A DNA stretch of 64,000 bases from Candidatus Enterocola intestinipullorum (GTDB lineage Bacteria; Bacteroidota; Bacteroidia; Bacteroidales; Paludibacteraceae). The stretch is taken from positions 3,501 through 67,500 of the forward strand of contig JADIMR010000033.1 of NCBI GenBank assembly GCA_017694565.1, given 5' to 3'. Shown here piece after piece: positions 34,191-44,561 of the stretch; positions within the stretch are counted from its first letter, which is position 1, and each line of letters starts with the position of its first letter. A program made the position numbers and the translations under genes. The notes under the pieces were generated by a model. That model had not been told where the DNA came from. It did no database searches and saw only the letters and a program-made list of their open reading frames with translations.

Positions 34191-36230
34191 TTAGAATTTT
34201 TCAATGTAATCGCATACTTCATTATAGATGGTCTCGGCATTGAACCCGAACTTCTCGTCCAATACTTGGTACGGCGCGGAATATCCGAAATGATCCAAAC
34301 CGTGGACATGGCCGCGCAAACCGCAAAGCCTTTGCAAAGTCATCGGCAAACCTGCCGTAAGGCCGAACACCGGGCGCGAATAATCGATTACCGAGTTGCG
34401 GTATTCTTCCGGTTGGTTGAAGAACAAGCCTTCTGACGGTGCCGAAACTATGCGGACATCGAATCCTTTACGTTCTTTGAGCAATTTGGCAGCGTCGAAC
34501 AATGTGGAAACTTCCGAACCGCTGGCCACAAGGGTAACATCCAAACGGGCTTCAATGTCTTTCACAATGTAAGCGCCTTTCATCAATCCCAAGGAACTTT
34601 GATATTTGTTTTCCCCGCGTGGGAGGTTTTTCACGTTTTGACGCGAAAGAATAAGACCGGTGGGAGTGTCGCGGTTTTCCAATGCGGCCTGCCATGCCAC
34701 TGTCGTTTCGTCCACATCGGCGGGACGCAACACGAGCATGGAATTTTTGCCTTCATGGTTTTTAAGGGCTTCCATCAGGCGGATTTGCAATTCCTGTTCC
34801 ACGGGCTGGTGTGTAGGCCCGTCCTCTCCTACCCTGAAAGCATCGTGCGACCAAACATATATTACTTGCAAGCCCATCAATGCCGTCATGCGTATTGCAG
34901 GCTTCATGTAGTCTGAGAATACGAAAAACGTACCGCACACGGGGATGATGCCGCCGTGAAGCGCAAGACCGTTCATTATGCAGGCCATCGAAAGTTCGCT
35001 TACGCCCGCATGGAGAAATCCGCCGGAAAAATCGCCACGGACGAACGGCTTGCTGTATTTCAAAAAACCGTCAGTCTTGTCCGAATTTGCCAAATCGGCC
35101 GAAGACACTATCATGTTGTCCATCTTTTGGGCGAACAACGAAAGCATCGCGCTTGAAGCTCCACGTGTCGGCTGGTCGGGTTTCTGTTCTATCGATGAAT
35201 AGTCGATGTCAGGCAATTCCATAGAATAGAACCGCTCGTATTTCTCTTTAAGGTCGGGATTGGCTTTTTCCCATTTCTCCTGTTCTGCCTTGCGTTTGGC
35301 AACTATTTTTTTCAATTCTGCCTTGCGTTCGTCGTACATCTTCCGTACTTCGGGAAATATTTGGAAAGGATCTCCGGCATCCCCGCCCAAATTGCGTATG
35401 GTGGCATCCACGTCCACCCCGGCCTTGCTCAACGGCTGTCCGTGGGTAGAAACCATGTTTTCGAAGCTTTCTCCATCTTTGCCAACGGAGCCCTTGCCCA
35501 TGAGCGTCTTGCCAATAATAAGCGTGGGGCGTTCGGTTTCAGCATTCGCCATCATAAGTGCCTGGCGTATTTCACCTGCATCGTTACCGTTGATTGTCAA
35601 TACATTCCACCCCCATGCTTCATATTTTTTCGCCGTGTCTTCCGTGGTTACTTCGTCCACGTATGTGGAAAGTTGGACGTTGTTGGCATCGAAGAACATT
35701 ATCAAGTTGCTTAGTCCGAGCGTACCCGCAATACGTCCTACGCCTTGCGATACTTCCTCTTGTATGCCGCCATCGGAAATGTAGGTATATGTCTTGTGTG
35801 CTGTCCACTCCCCGAAACGCGAAGCCATGAAACGCTCGGCAATTGCGGCACCGACAGCCATTGCATGTCCCTGCCCCAACGGTCCAGATGAATTTTCAAT
35901 GCCGCGTTTCACGTCTAATTCCGGATGTCCCGGCGTAACGCTGCCCCATTGCCGGAAGTTCTTCAAATCGTCCATGCTGTATTTTCCGGCCATGGCAAGC
36001 ACGGAATACAACATCGGAGACATGTGTCCCGGATCCAAGAAAAACCTGTCGCGGTTCTCCCATTCGGGATTTTCAGGGTCATAAACAAGAAACTCGGAAT
36101 AAAGCACATTGATGAAATCGGCACCGCCCATCGATCCTCCCGGATGTCCTGACTTGGCCTTTTCAACCATCGCCGCCGTAAGTATACGGATATTGTCGGC
36201 AGCGCGGTTCAAGACGGATATTTCGTTCAT
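34191..36230 (-). CDS. tkt: Transketolase
   Basis: 679 aa. SGHPGGSMGGADF, ISDGGIQEEVSQG and a Pyr-binding middle domain. Confidence 0.97.
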   Translation of the reverse strand: MNEISVLNRAADNIRILTAAMVEKAKSGHPGGSMGGADFINVLYSEFLVYDPENPEWENRDRFFLDPGHMSPMLYSVLAMAGKYSMDDLKNFRQWGSVTPGHPELDVKRGIENSSGPLGQGHAMAVGAAIAERFMASRFGEWTAHKTYTYISDGGIQEEVSQGVGRIAGTLGLSNLIMFFDANNVQLSTYVDEVTTEDTAKKYEAWGWNVLTINGNDAGEIRQALMMANAETERPTLIIGKTLMGKGSVGKDGESFENMVSTHGQPLSKAGVDVDATIRNLGGDAGDPFQIFPEVRKMYDERKAELKKIVAKRKAEQEKWEKANPDLKEKYERFYSMELPDIDYSSIEQKPDQPTRGASSAMLSLFAQKMDNMIVSSADLANSDKTDGFLKYSKPFVRGDFSGGFLHAGVSELSMACIMNGLALHGGIIPVCGTFFVFSDYMKPAIRMTALMGLQVIYVWSHDAFRVGEDGPTHQPVEQELQIRLMEALKNHEGKNSMLVLRPADVDETTVAWQAALENRDTPTGLILSRQNVKNLPRGENKYQSSLGLMKGAYIVKDIEARLDVTLVASGSEVSTLFDAAKLLKERKGFDVRIVSAPSEGLFFNQPEEYRNSVIDYSRPVFGLTAGLPMTLQRLCGLRGHVHGLDHFGYSAPYQVLDEKFGFNAETIYNEVCDYIEKF

Positions 36231-36403
36231 TTGTTACAAGTAGGTTTTGTAGGTTGCAAAATTAACAAGTTGTTTTGAAAAATCAGGCAAATAAGGCGGG
36301 GATTTTTTTCTTCGTGATTAGTGCGCCGCTTCGGGCAGTGGTTGGTGAAAATAGTGATAAACAATTCATGCACGAATTGGAACGTATTTATGTCATACAA
36401 AAG

Positions 36404-36453
36404 GGGCGATACCATTCAAACCGCAGCGTCTAAGCCTCACGGAGGTATCGCCC
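36404..36453 (-). terminator. Possible terminator hairpin after the 652-aa hypothetical gene
   Basis: GGGCGATACC...GGTATCGCCC (10-bp stem, 30-nt loop). Only four T follow on the minus strand. Confidence 0.3.
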
Positions 36454-36608
36454 TATACAAGGATTCCTCTCCAATATATCAGGAGAAATGGTTCTTTTAC
36501 ATGCAAAAGTATTCCCGCATTGTTTCAAATCATGGCACATCAACAAAAAAGCGGTACCATTCCTGAGAAAGGCCCGCTATGCTGTAAAAAAATCAACAAA
36601 TTAAACCA

Positions 36609-38567
36609 TCACTTGTACTGCAAGGTCCGCTCGAATTCGTATGGTCCGACATTCATTTTTATCCAATTGCCGTTATGGTCGCTTACTGTTTCCACGGGCC
36701 ATACCGCTTCGAAAGTATAGGTAGCCGATTGTTTGCCGCCGTGGGATTGCTTACCTGACACCGAGGCTTCCGCATCGTCGCCGAAAAGCCCGGGTACGCA
36801 CCATTGTGTTTTGCGGTTCCAGCCTACGGAAACCGGTACTTCCATTTTATAGCTGATGTATTTCTTCCCGTCGACAAAATACGTATCCATGCAGATTGCC
36901 ATGCTGTCGGAACGCATATAGCCGTAGTTGTAATCCCCACGGTTTTTCTCGTACAATACTTCCGCCTTGCTCGTCATGCCATGCACCATGCCGTTTGCAT
37001 CAAACGACACTTCTTTTTCAAATTCGTTGGAAAACTCGCTGAACGCCAATGGGAACTCCACATTGTTGCAAGCTGCAACATAATTGAACAACGGAGTGGG
37101 ACGCGAAGACAGGCTCGAACCCTTGAAATGTATGTCGCCGCCCGGATCCAAAGCCGCCGAGACGGTCTCCACTGTTTCGCACTTCATTTTCATGAAACTT
37201 CCCAAAACATTCTGCGTGGTAAACGAAGCCACGGATGACAAGGAATCTATCCCGCTCGTGTCGTGGAACGGCATGAACAAGCGCACCAAACGCATTGGAA
37301 CGGTGCTAATGCCTTTGAATCTTCCGTCCTTTTTATTATATGTAATATACAAATCGTTTGTTTTCAATTTATTCCTTCCGTATGTCTTATCGGCTTCCAT
37401 ACGTTCCGCAGTGAACTTTACCGGTCTGCCGGATTCATTGAAAGCTATGGCATATTCCATAGGCGAGTCGTTCCCGGGTATCTTTACGCTGCCGGAAACA
37501 GAAGAGACACGGGTGTCGTAGTCGACATACTGCAAAAACGGAAAAGTAAACGGCAGGCCGAAAACCTTGCTTATCACATCATTATAAGCATAAAAACAAA
37601 CAAAACGGAAAATGTCGCTATCCAAAAAAGACATTATGCGGGCATATTTCGCGGTCGATACGGGATAATGTTCCACGAACTGCCGGACTGCGCAATACGC
37701 CGCGCTGTCGGCAAACGAGGACAACATCCCCGCATATTTGCCGAATGCGTCCGCTGCCGCCCGCGAGTCGCCGGCCATCGCCTTGCAAACCGCGACATTA
37801 TACATCGCGTCCGCCTGTCCGGCAACAGGCAAGGTCTCTTCATGCAAAGCTATGGAATCAACATATTCGCGGATTTTTTCCGCCAGGGCATCGTCACGGA
37901 CGAGCCCCTGCATATTGGCAACCATGCTTTCTATTTCTTCGGCACGTTCGTTCAAGGATGGCATCGTTGGAATATTTTTCAGGTCGAACACCGTTTCCAT
38001 TACCGAAAATCCGAAATTGGCATACACGTCGTTCCTTGCATATATGTAGGCATTGTTCAAGGCGGCGATCGTTGCGGCCGGCAAACTTTCGGAAAGCTGC
38101 AATGTAGCTGATTCCGCATAGCCTGCGACAGTCCCGAGGTCTTTTTCACGCAACACCTTGCCATCGGGCGAAGAAACTTCGTACCTGCAATCAAATAAAT
38201 ATTTCAAGGTGTACTTGCCATCGTGCAAAGTCGTGTCCTGGTCCAAGCCATACGATTTGTCGCTGACGAAAATCCTGACCTTGGACGTAACACTGTCGGC
38301 TTCCGGAGCGTAAATGTAATCCGGTATCATATCCCACACCGCATAGCGGCCCTTGTAGTCCAACGCCTTGTCGATTTCCGCTTGTTGCAAAGCCATACGC
38401 AGGGAATCACGCTTGTCGGGGATTCTGCCTTCGGGAAATTCCACATCGAAATATACATCGGCCATCCCGGACAGCAAAGTGTCGGACGGAGCCTGGAAAT
38501 ATTTGACACCGGCATTAGCGGCGCAAAACGCCGTAAACGCGATTACAATGAAAAAAAGCCTCTTCAT
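36609..38567 (-). CDS. Hypothetical secreted protein
   Basis: The ATG at 38567 gives MKRLFFIVIAFTAFCAANAG (signal peptide). 652 aa with no recognisable domain. The track start at 38576 is a TTG. Confidence 0.6.
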   Translation of the reverse strand: MKRLFFIVIAFTAFCAANAGVKYFQAPSDTLLSGMADVYFDVEFPEGRIPDKRDSLRMALQQAEIDKALDYKGRYAVWDMIPDYIYAPEADSVTSKVRIFVSDKSYGLDQDTTLHDGKYTLKYLFDCRYEVSSPDGKVLREKDLGTVAGYAESATLQLSESLPAATIAALNNAYIYARNDVYANFGFSVMETVFDLKNIPTMPSLNERAEEIESMVANMQGLVRDDALAEKIREYVDSIALHEETLPVAGQADAMYNVAVCKAMAGDSRAAADAFGKYAGMLSSFADSAAYCAVRQFVEHYPVSTAKYARIMSFLDSDIFRFVCFYAYNDVISKVFGLPFTFPFLQYVDYDTRVSSVSGSVKIPGNDSPMEYAIAFNESGRPVKFTAERMEADKTYGRNKLKTNDLYITYNKKDGRFKGISTVPMRLVRLFMPFHDTSGIDSLSSVASFTTQNVLGSFMKMKCETVETVSAALDPGGDIHFKGSSLSSRPTPLFNYVAACNNVEFPLAFSEFSNEFEKEVSFDANGMVHGMTSKAEVLYEKNRGDYNYGYMRSDSMAICMDTYFVDGKKYISYKMEVPVSVGWNRKTQWCVPGLFGDDAEASVSGKQSHGGKQSATYTFEAVWPVETVSDHNGNWIKMNVGPYEFERTLQYK

Positions 38568-38810
38568 CCTTATCAAAAAAAATTACGACTTAACCCTTGC
38601 ACGTTAGGGAATATCATCGGCATATTTCTTTATAATCCGATAGCTTCCCCTTCCTTCATACGGGTTTTAGCACCCGTTCTAATCCATAACAATAGCGAAG
38701 ATACGCAAAAGCAACGAGAAAAAAACTTTTTTGTCATGGTGAATAATTGTTGATAACAATCGGGGTTTCGTTTTGTTTATCATAAAAAATATTGCGAAAT
38801 TTGTCGGTTA

Positions 38811-39740
38811 ATGAGTGATTTGGTTTCAAACATAGAAATTTTGCTCGAAAACCACGACTTCGTAACGGTTCCGGGGTTCGGCGGGTTCGTAGCGGAAGCC
38901 GAAGGCGCGAGCGAGGCGGCAGACATGCTTTATCCGCCGCGTAAGGCTTTGGCATTCAACCCCGCCCTCACCTACAACGATGGCCTGTTAGCGCACGAAT
39001 ATGTGAAAAAGGCCGGTGTAAGTTTCGAAAAAGCCAACCTCATGATTGCCGAAGCTGTGAATGAATTGAACCGCAAGCTCATCAGCGGCATGCCTGTCAT
39101 CTTTGGCACGCTCGGGACTTTCCGCATTTCGAACGGGAACATATTGTTCACCATGTCGGGCAAAGGCGGATTCCTGTCATCTTCGTACGGTTTGGACGAA
39201 GTATATTTCCCAGCCATTGCCGGAGCAAATGTTGCGGCAATGCCGGGCCAAGTGCGGACAAACGCGGCAATGCCTGCCGCACCGGCAATCCGCCCGTCCG
39301 CCGCTCCCTTGCGAAGAGCTGAATTGACACAAAGTGGCGACTTGATTCGCAACGAATGGGGACTTTCAAAAGCTCTCGGCATGGCTGCGGCAATCCTGCT
39401 TTTGATAATGCTGTTTCCCGTGCGGATACAGGACGGCAACTTCGCCAACTACGCATCCATTATGCCGACGGCAATACATGCGACAATCCAATCCGATCCT
39501 GATTGCCCGCAGTTCCACATGATAATCGCAAGTTTCAATACCAAATACAGGGCTGAAAAGTTCATATCCGCGCTACCCGGAGAACTTAAAGATCGCAGTC
39601 GCATAATTTACAGCGAGAAACGTTTCCGCATAGCTTTGGAAAGTTTTGCAAGCGAAGAGGCAGGAGAAGCCTACATTGCTCAGTTCATCAAAGAATTTCC
39701 GGAATATTACGATGCTTGGATATTGAATTATAACCCATAA
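38811..39740 (+). CDS. HU-like N-terminal domain plus C-terminal SPOR-domain protein
   Basis: N-terminus LLENHDFVTVPGFGGFVA...LYPPRKALAFN. Central TM helix. C-terminus FHMIIASFNTKYRAEKFISAL...RIALESFASEEAGEAYI is SPOR-like. Confidence 0.7.
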   Translation: MSDLVSNIEILLENHDFVTVPGFGGFVAEAEGASEAADMLYPPRKALAFNPALTYNDGLLAHEYVKKAGVSFEKANLMIAEAVNELNRKLISGMPVIFGTLGTFRISNGNILFTMSGKGGFLSSSYGLDEVYFPAIAGANVAAMPGQVRTNAAMPAAPAIRPSAAPLRRAELTQSGDLIRNEWGLSKALGMAAAILLLIMLFPVRIQDGNFANYASIMPTAIHATIQSDPDCPQFHMIIASFNTKYRAEKFISALPGELKDRSRIIYSEKRFRIALESFASEEAGEAYIAQFIKEFPEYYDAWILNYNP

Positions 39741-39748
39741 TTTCCATT

Positions 39749-40804
39749 ATGAAAAGAAAAATCTTAATCACAGGTGCCGCCGGCTTCATAGGGTCGCACG
39801 TGATACGCAGGTTCGTGAACAATTATCCAGATTATACCTGTTATAATTTGGATGCCCTTACATACGCGGGCAATCTTGAAAACTTGAAAGACATTTGTGA
39901 CAAGCCTAACTATAAATTCGTCAAAGGCGACATAACGGATACGGACTTCATAGAAAACTTGTTCCAGGAACATAAATTCGACGGTGTAATACACCTTGCG
40001 GCAGAATCGCATGTGGACCGCTCGATAACCGACCCTTTGCGTTTCATCCGTACAAACGTGTTGGGAACGGCCAATCTTCTGAATGCCGCGAAAAATTTGT
40101 GGAAAGACGACATGGAAGGCAAGCGTTTTTACCATGTGTCCACCGACGAAGTCTACGGTTCGTTGGGCAAGGAAGGTTATTTCACTGAAAAAACGCCTTA
40201 CGACCCGCGCAGTCCGTATTCGGCATCAAAAGCTTCGTCCGACCATTTCGTAAGGGCATACCACCACACATACGGCTTGCCCGTGGTGATAAGCAACTGC
40301 TCCAACAATTACGGGCCGAACCATTTCCCCGAGAAACTGATTCCGTTGTCCATAAACAATATCAAGCACAACCGTCCCATTCCCATCTACGGCAAAGGCG
40401 AGAACGTGCGCGACTGGTTGTGGGTGGAAGACCACGCACGCGCCATCGACCTCATTTTCCACAAGGGAAAAGACGGTGAGACCTATAACATAGGCGGACA
40501 CAACGAATGGACCAACATCGCCCTCATACGCTTGTTGTGCAAAATAATGGACAAGAAGCTCGGCCGCCCCGAAGGGACTTCCGAAAAACTGATTACATTC
40601 GTAACCGACCGTGCAGGCCATGATTTGCGTTACGCTATCGACCCGACCAAACTCAACAATGATTTGGGTTGGAAACCGTCGCTGCAATTCGAAGAGGGTC
40701 TGGAAAAAACCGTAGACTGGTATTTGGCAAACGAAGAATGGCTTGACCACGTAACTTCCGGAGCATACATGCAGTACTACGAAAAACAATATGGAAACAG
40801 ATAA
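39749..40804 (+). CDS. rfbB: dTDP-glucose 4,6-dehydratase
   Basis: ITGAAGFIGSH Rossmann motif and catalytic YSASKASSDH. 351 aa. Confidence 0.95.
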   Translation: MKRKILITGAAGFIGSHVIRRFVNNYPDYTCYNLDALTYAGNLENLKDICDKPNYKFVKGDITDTDFIENLFQEHKFDGVIHLAAESHVDRSITDPLRFIRTNVLGTANLLNAAKNLWKDDMEGKRFYHVSTDEVYGSLGKEGYFTEKTPYDPRSPYSASKASSDHFVRAYHHTYGLPVVISNCSNNYGPNHFPEKLIPLSINNIKHNRPIPIYGKGENVRDWLWVEDHARAIDLIFHKGKDGETYNIGGHNEWTNIALIRLLCKIMDKKLGRPEGTSEKLITFVTDRAGHDLRYAIDPTKLNNDLGWKPSLQFEEGLEKTVDWYLANEEWLDHVTSGAYMQYYEKQYGNR

Positions 40805-41957
40805 AGATGTCGTAAGCCGGTTTTTGACATACATAAAAACCGACACGCAATCGGATCCCGAATCGCAAACCTGCCCCAGCACGGACAAACAATTCGTGCT
40901 GGCAGGAATGTTGAAGAGGGAACTTGAAAACATGGGCGTACAAGACGTGCGTTTGGATGACAAATGCTACTTGTACGCCCTTATTCCGTCAAATTGCGGA
41001 CGTAAGACTCCCTCCGTCGGATTCATAGCCCACTTGGACACAAGTCCCGACGTGTCGGGCAAAGACGTGCGACCTGTTTTCGCCGAAGATGGCTGCGGCC
41101 GACGGATAATCAAAAGCGACGGCTCGACACTGCTCGGAGCTGATGACAAGGCCGGTATAGCCGAAATAATGACCGCCGTCGATTATATACTGAATCACGC
41201 GGACTTCAAACACGGCGATGTTTACATAGCCTTCACCCCGGACGAGGAAATAGGACGCGGCGCGGACTTTTTCGATTTGGAGTTTTTCAAGGCGGATTTC
41301 GCCTACACCATGGACGGAGGGGAAACCGGTGAGTTCTCATACGAGAATTTCAATGCCGCCGAAGCAGAAATCAGGATAACAGGCAAAAACACGCATCCCG
41401 GCAGCGCAAAAGGCATAATGCGCAACGCAATAGAAGCAGCTTCCGCATTGGCATGTAAAATCAATTCCCTGCTGCCTGTGCCGGAAAAAACGGAAGGGCG
41501 CGAAGGCTTCGTACACATACATCAAATAAACGGTACAGTGGAAGAATGCCTTTTGCGCTGCCTTGTCCGCGACTTCGACAAACAAAAGTTCATAGGCAAG
41601 AAAGCGGCTTTGAAAGAACTGTCTAAAAAAACCATGGAAGAATTTCCCGGCATCATCATTGAATGCGGTATAAACGACCAATACTATAACATGGCGGAAA
41701 TAACGGCAAAATATCCGCAAGTTCGCGACATTGCGTTGCAAGCAATGAAAAACACAGGCATCGAACCCGTAATTTCCGTAACGCGCGGCGGGACGGACGG
41801 GGCAAGATTGTCGTTTATGGGATTGCCCTGCCCCAATATCTTCGCAGGCGGCGTGAATTTCCACAGCCGCGACGAATACGTCCCCGTCGAATCCATGGAG
41901 GCAGCAACCCGCTGTATCGTTGAAATAGTCCGTATCACGGCGGGATTACAACAATAA
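40791..41957 (+). CDS. pepT: Peptidase T (tripeptide aminopeptidase, M20B)
   Basis: GFIAHLDTSPD, LLGADDKAGIAEIM and TPDEEIGRGA motifs. Overlaps the rfbB end by 14 nt. Confidence 0.88.
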   Translation: METDKDVVSRFLTYIKTDTQSDPESQTCPSTDKQFVLAGMLKRELENMGVQDVRLDDKCYLYALIPSNCGRKTPSVGFIAHLDTSPDVSGKDVRPVFAEDGCGRRIIKSDGSTLLGADDKAGIAEIMTAVDYILNHADFKHGDVYIAFTPDEEIGRGADFFDLEFFKADFAYTMDGGETGEFSYENFNAAEAEIRITGKNTHPGSAKGIMRNAIEAASALACKINSLLPVPEKTEGREGFVHIHQINGTVEECLLRCLVRDFDKQKFIGKKAALKELSKKTMEEFPGIIIECGINDQYYNMAEITAKYPQVRDIALQAMKNTGIEPVISVTRGGTDGARLSFMGLPCPNIFAGGVNFHSRDEYVPVESMEAATRCIVEIVRITAGLQQ

Positions 41958-42737
41958 CAGGCTTGCCGCCATGACCGCCATTCCCAATATTACGCCGCAC
42001 ACTCCGTAATGATGGTGGCCGAAACGTTCCGTACCAGGCAAAAGCTCATCAAACGATATGTAAACCATAATTCCCGAAACGAAACTCAACAATAGGGCAT
42101 TGATGGTAGGTGTCCAGAATGGCAACAGGAACAAGAAACCGGCCAAAGCCCCTACCGGTTCGGCCATCCCCGATGCGAAAGACATCCAAAAGGCTTTCTT
42201 TTTGCTGCCGGTGGAATGGTAAAGCGGGACAGAAACTGCCATTCCTTCGGGAATGTTATGTATGGCTATCGCGAACATGATCGGGAGGGCGATTTCCAAA
42301 TCGGTCAATGCGGACGCGAAAGTCGCCAACCCTTCCGGGAAATTGTGTATTCCTATGGCAATTGCCGTCATTACCGCAGTCCGTTTCAACTTAGGTGCAG
42401 GATCGTTGTCCGTATGGATTTCGTGGGGGTTTTCATCATCCGGCACAAGATTGTCAATCAGGGCTATGAGGCCTATCCCCGCGAAAAAGGCAAGCAACAT
42501 GAACAAACTCGGAAGTTTGCCGCCGTATATGCCCGACAACAATGCAACGGATTCCGGCATCAATTCCATAAAAGAGACATATATCATTACTCCTGCCGAC
42601 AGTCCCAAGGACAAGGACAAAAAACGGGTATCCGTTTTCTTTGCAATCAAAGCTATGACGCTGCCGATGCCCGTCGACAGCCCGGCAACCAAGGTAAGCC
42701 CGAAAGCCAGCAATATGTCATTTAATCCTGTTTGCAT
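41946..42737 (-). CDS. zupT: ZIP-family zinc transporter
   Basis: AIAIHNFPEGLA and AIAIHNIPEGMAV motifs. 263 aa. The 3' end overlaps the convergent pepT by 12 nt. Confidence 0.9.
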   Translation of the reverse strand: MQTGLNDILLAFGLTLVAGLSTGIGSVIALIAKKTDTRFLSLSLGLSAGVMIYVSFMELMPESVALLSGIYGGKLPSLFMLLAFFAGIGLIALIDNLVPDDENPHEIHTDNDPAPKLKRTAVMTAIAIGIHNFPEGLATFASALTDLEIALPIMFAIAIHNIPEGMAVSVPLYHSTGSKKKAFWMSFASGMAEPVGALAGFLFLLPFWTPTINALLLSFVSGIMVYISFDELLPGTERFGHHHYGVCGVILGMAVMAASLLLL

Positions 42738-42762
42738 TTATATCAGGCCCAAATTACAAACC

Positions 42763-43221
42763 TCAATCACTATCCGCTAACAAAGGAATCTTCACGCCGA
42801 AAGAATCTTCGAGCAAGGCGAACGCCGCCCGCGTTGCGGATTCGATTACTTCACTGCGGCTGCCCGGAAAATGATACATGCCGGAAACCACGGAACTACC
42901 CTTACAAACCGCAATCCATACGCTGCCGACCGACTTTCCTGGCACTGCGCCTCCCGGACCGGCTATGCCGGATGTGGCGATGGCATAGTCGCTACCCGTA
43001 AGGTTGCATACTCCGGTAGCCATTGCTTCCACTACTGGACGGCTGACCGCACCATACGTGTCCAGAATATCCTCTGGCACACCCAACACTTTGTGCTTCA
43101 TCCCGTTGGAATACGAGACCACTCCTCCTATAAAATATTCCGAACTGCCTGGAACGAGCGTTATTTTATGCGCTATGTTGCCGCCGGTGCAACTCTCCGC
43201 GCAGGAAAGCGTGAATTTCAT
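42763..43221 (-). CDS. CinA C-terminal domain protein (nicotinamide-nucleotide amidohydrolase PncC-like)
   Basis: AESCTGGNIAH and ATSGIAGPGG motifs. 152 aa. Confidence 0.85.
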   Translation of the reverse strand: MKFTLSCAESCTGGNIAHKITLVPGSSEYFIGGVVSYSNGMKHKVLGVPEDILDTYGAVSRPVVEAMATGVCNLTGSDYAIATSGIAGPGGAVPGKSVGSVWIAVCKGSSVVSGMYHFPGSRSEVIESATRAAFALLEDSFGVKIPLLADSD

Positions 43222-44456
43222 TTCTGTAAAGCGTTAATGCGTTGTAACAAAGTGGGATGCGAATAATGTACAAAAACGTATGCCGGATGCGGTTGCAGGT
43301 TGCTCAAATTCGCGGATGAAAGTTTCTTCAATCCGGAAACGAGACTGTCGGCCAGACCGAACGACTTTGCATACGCATCGGCTTCATATTCGTGTTTGCG
43401 GGAAAATGCATTCATGCCTATGCCCAAAATTATTGAAACCGGGACATACAACATGGCGAATGCCAATATGCCTATATGGAAGGAGGGTTGTTCCGCACCC
43501 ATGGCTTCCGACAATAACGGACTGCCAAGACACAAGCCAAGCAGGAAGAACATCAAAAGGTTGCTTGCCAAAGACACCGCCAAATGCGACAAAGTATGTT
43601 TTTTCTTATAGTGCCCTATCTCATGAGCCAAAACCGCCACTATTTCTTCGGTAGTCATTTGCTCAATCAGGGTATCATAGAGGACTATGCGTTTTTTAGC
43701 ACCCAAACCCGAAAAATACGCATTTGCCTTGGTGCTGCGTTTCGAACTGTCGATGACGTAAATATTTTTAAGCTCGAACCCGGCTTTTGCCGCAAAATCC
43801 TCGATGGCCGTGCGCAATCCGCCGGCTGCAAGCGGGGTCTGCTTGTTGAACAGAGGCACTATCAGTTGCGAATAAAACATCTGCATGAAAATGGAGAATG
43901 CGGCAACGACTGCCCATGCACTAAGCCAAAACCACTGCGGGGCAAGCGAATACAACCATGCGACGAGGGCAAGTATGCCACCGCCCAAAACTATCGTAAC
44001 AAGCAGCTCCTTCAATTTGTCTGCAAAGAACAAAAGCTTAGTACTTTTGTTGAATCCGTATTTTTCTTCTATGACGAAATTGTCGTAATATTCGAATGGC
44101 AAGTTTATCAATTCGTTCGCGACAATGATTATGCTGAAGAACGCGAGCGTAACCAAGAGTTCATTACCGATGAAAGTCCGCAACACCGAATCGAGCCAAC
44201 CGAACAGTCCGCATCCGTAACAAACCAAGAGAACGATTACGGAAAACGTGGAACTCACGATTCCGAATTTGTAATTCTCGTATGAATACTTCTGCTGGCG
44301 GGAGTACTTTTCATTATCGTAAATGCCCTGCAAAACAGGCGGCAAAGGCTTGGAAAACCAACTTGCATTCAATTTGTCCAATACAGTACCGAACACATAA
44401 TCGGCCACGATAAACGCCAAAATCAGGAAAAAAACAAAATTGTACACTTCAGACAA
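43218..44456 (-). CDS. M48 family metallopeptidase (Ste24/HtpX-like)
   Basis: HExxH in LAHEIGHYKKKH. N-terminal multi-TM region. Only a TTG start is available (44456). ATGA overlap with the downstream CinA-like gene. Confidence 0.85.
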   Translation of the reverse strand: MSEVYNFVFFLILAFIVADYVFGTVLDKLNASWFSKPLPPVLQGIYDNEKYSRQQKYSYENYKFGIVSSTFSVIVLLVCYGCGLFGWLDSVLRTFIGNELLVTLAFFSIIIVANELINLPFEYYDNFVIEEKYGFNKSTKLLFFADKLKELLVTIVLGGGILALVAWLYSLAPQWFWLSAWAVVAAFSIFMQMFYSQLIVPLFNKQTPLAAGGLRTAIEDFAAKAGFELKNIYVIDSSKRSTKANAYFSGLGAKKRIVLYDTLIEQMTTEEIVAVLAHEIGHYKKKHTLSHLAVSLASNLLMFFLLGLCLGSPLLSEAMGAEQPSFHIGILAFAMLYVPVSIILGIGMNAFSRKHEYEADAYAKSFGLADSLVSGLKKLSSANLSNLQPHPAYVFVHYSHPTLLQRINALQK

Positions 44457-44491
44457 ATTAAAAATTAAAAATTAAAAATTAAAAATTAAAA
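44455..44491. repeat. AT-rich heptamer tandem repeat (AAATTAA)x5 directly upstream of the M48 gene
   Basis: TT dinucleotides at 44458, 44465, 44472, 44479 and 44486 give an exact 7-nt period. Confidence 0.9.
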
Positions 44492-44496
44492 TAACC

Positions 44497-44513
44497 TTAG
44501 TACGCTGTACTAA
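44497..44513 (-). terminator. Small hairpin plus T/A-rich run downstream of the TonB-dependent receptor gene
   Basis: TTAGTAC-GCT-GTACTAA. On the minus strand it is followed by the (TTAATTT)n tract. Confidence 0.35.
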
Positions 44514-44523
44514 ACGTAGTACT

Positions 44524-44551
44524 AACCACTGTAACCTGTAATCTGATACTT
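44524..44551 (+). repeat. 7-nt periodic tract
   Basis: AACCACT GTAACCT GTAATCT GATACTT. Confidence 0.8.
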
Positions 44552-44561
44552 GGCCGGCATG

